Origin: Octopus sinensis
Lineage: Eukaryota
Direction of reading: 5' to 3'
Assembly (NCBI RefSeq): GCF_006345805.1
Contig: NW_021824241.1
Span: 1 to 19,500 of the forward strand
DNA length: 19,500 nt
Below, piece after piece: positions 18,964 to 19,500 of the stretch. The translations under genes were made by a program, and so were the position numbers. A model generated the notes under the pieces. It searched no databases, had not been told where the DNA came from, and worked only from the letters and a program-made list of their open reading frames with translations. Numbering within the stretch: position 1 is the first letter of the stretch; the number at the start of each line of letters is the position of its first letter.

Positions 18964-19153
18964 TCCACCATCGCTTGACAACCGATGTTGATGTGTTTAC
19001 ATGCCCGCAACATAGCGGTTCGCCAAAACAGACCGCTAGAATAATACTAGACTTACAAAGAATAAGTCCTGGGGTTGATTTGTTCGACTAATGGGGGGGG
19101 GGCTCCAGCATGGCCAGTCAGATGACTGAAACAAATAAAAGAATAAAAGAATA
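18673..19153 (+). mobile_element. Full-length OR-type/CORE-like tRNA-derived SINE
   Basis: A box TGGCTGTGTGG (18684-18694), B box GGTTCAGTCCC (18728-18738), CORE-like CACCTTGGCCAAGTG, internal (GT)n, 3' end GCTCCAGCATGGCC..GACTGAAACAAATAAAAGAATAAAAGAATA. Family name is from recall, not a database search. Confidence 0.9.
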
Positions 19154-19329
19154 TATATATGTAAACTAAGGTAGGATTGGGGTCCTTGTGTTTGTCCTAC
19201 GTGTATTTTTGTAGTATTTAATGCATTCCTCGTTTCTATATATATAAATGCATTGACTATATATATATATATATGTATATATATATACACATATATATTT
19301 ATATATATGTATGTATATATATAAAAAAA

Positions 19330-19486
19330 ATTAATAAATAAATAAAACATATGCATATATACATACATATATGTACTACCTACCTCTACATGTATATATG
19401 CATGCATATATGTATACATATACATGTAGAGGTAGGTACGTACATATATGTATGTATATATGCATATGTTTTATTTATTTATTAAT
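19330..19486. repeat. Near-perfect palindrome with arms of about 68 bp
   Basis: ATTAATAAATAAATAAAACATATGCATATATACATACATATATGTAC-TACCTACCTCTACATGTATAT is mirrored, with one extra nucleotide, ending at ATTAAT 19481-19486. Confidence 0.93.
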
Positions 19487-19500
19487 GACGGAACGCACGC

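Noticed and set aside
900-19425. Many ORFs rich in HT, CV, YI or MYVC repeats
   Set aside because: They are translations of stop-free microsatellites and carry no domain signal.

Overview
Eukaryotic, AT-rich, repeat-dense non-coding DNA, most likely from an octopus. This is inferred from several tRNA-derived SINEs resembling the octopus OR-type/CORE-SINEs and from very dense (TA)n/(CA)n microsatellites. No intact host protein-coding gene is supported; almost all ORFs in the track are translated microsatellites. Recognisable content: eight SINE copies or fragments, two + strand CR1/L2-type LINE remnants (7726-8467 and about 17370-18530) and many simple repeats. The main signal is at 9246-12960: six type I hammerhead ribozyme (HHR) motifs in strictly alternating orientation (+ - + - + -), forming three tail-to-tail pairs each centred on a (TA)n tract. 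They have self-complementary stem III sequences and unusually long stem II helices, and lie in ORF-less units resembling non-autonomous Penelope-like (PLE) or retrozyme-type retroelements. A seventh HHR-like motif with a compensatory U3-A8 core lies at 3747-3794. The window also holds several fold-back inverted duplications next to (TA)n tracts (7050-7306, 8535-8847, 17081-17266, 19330-19486). Structures were read by eye; none was folded computationally or searched against databases.
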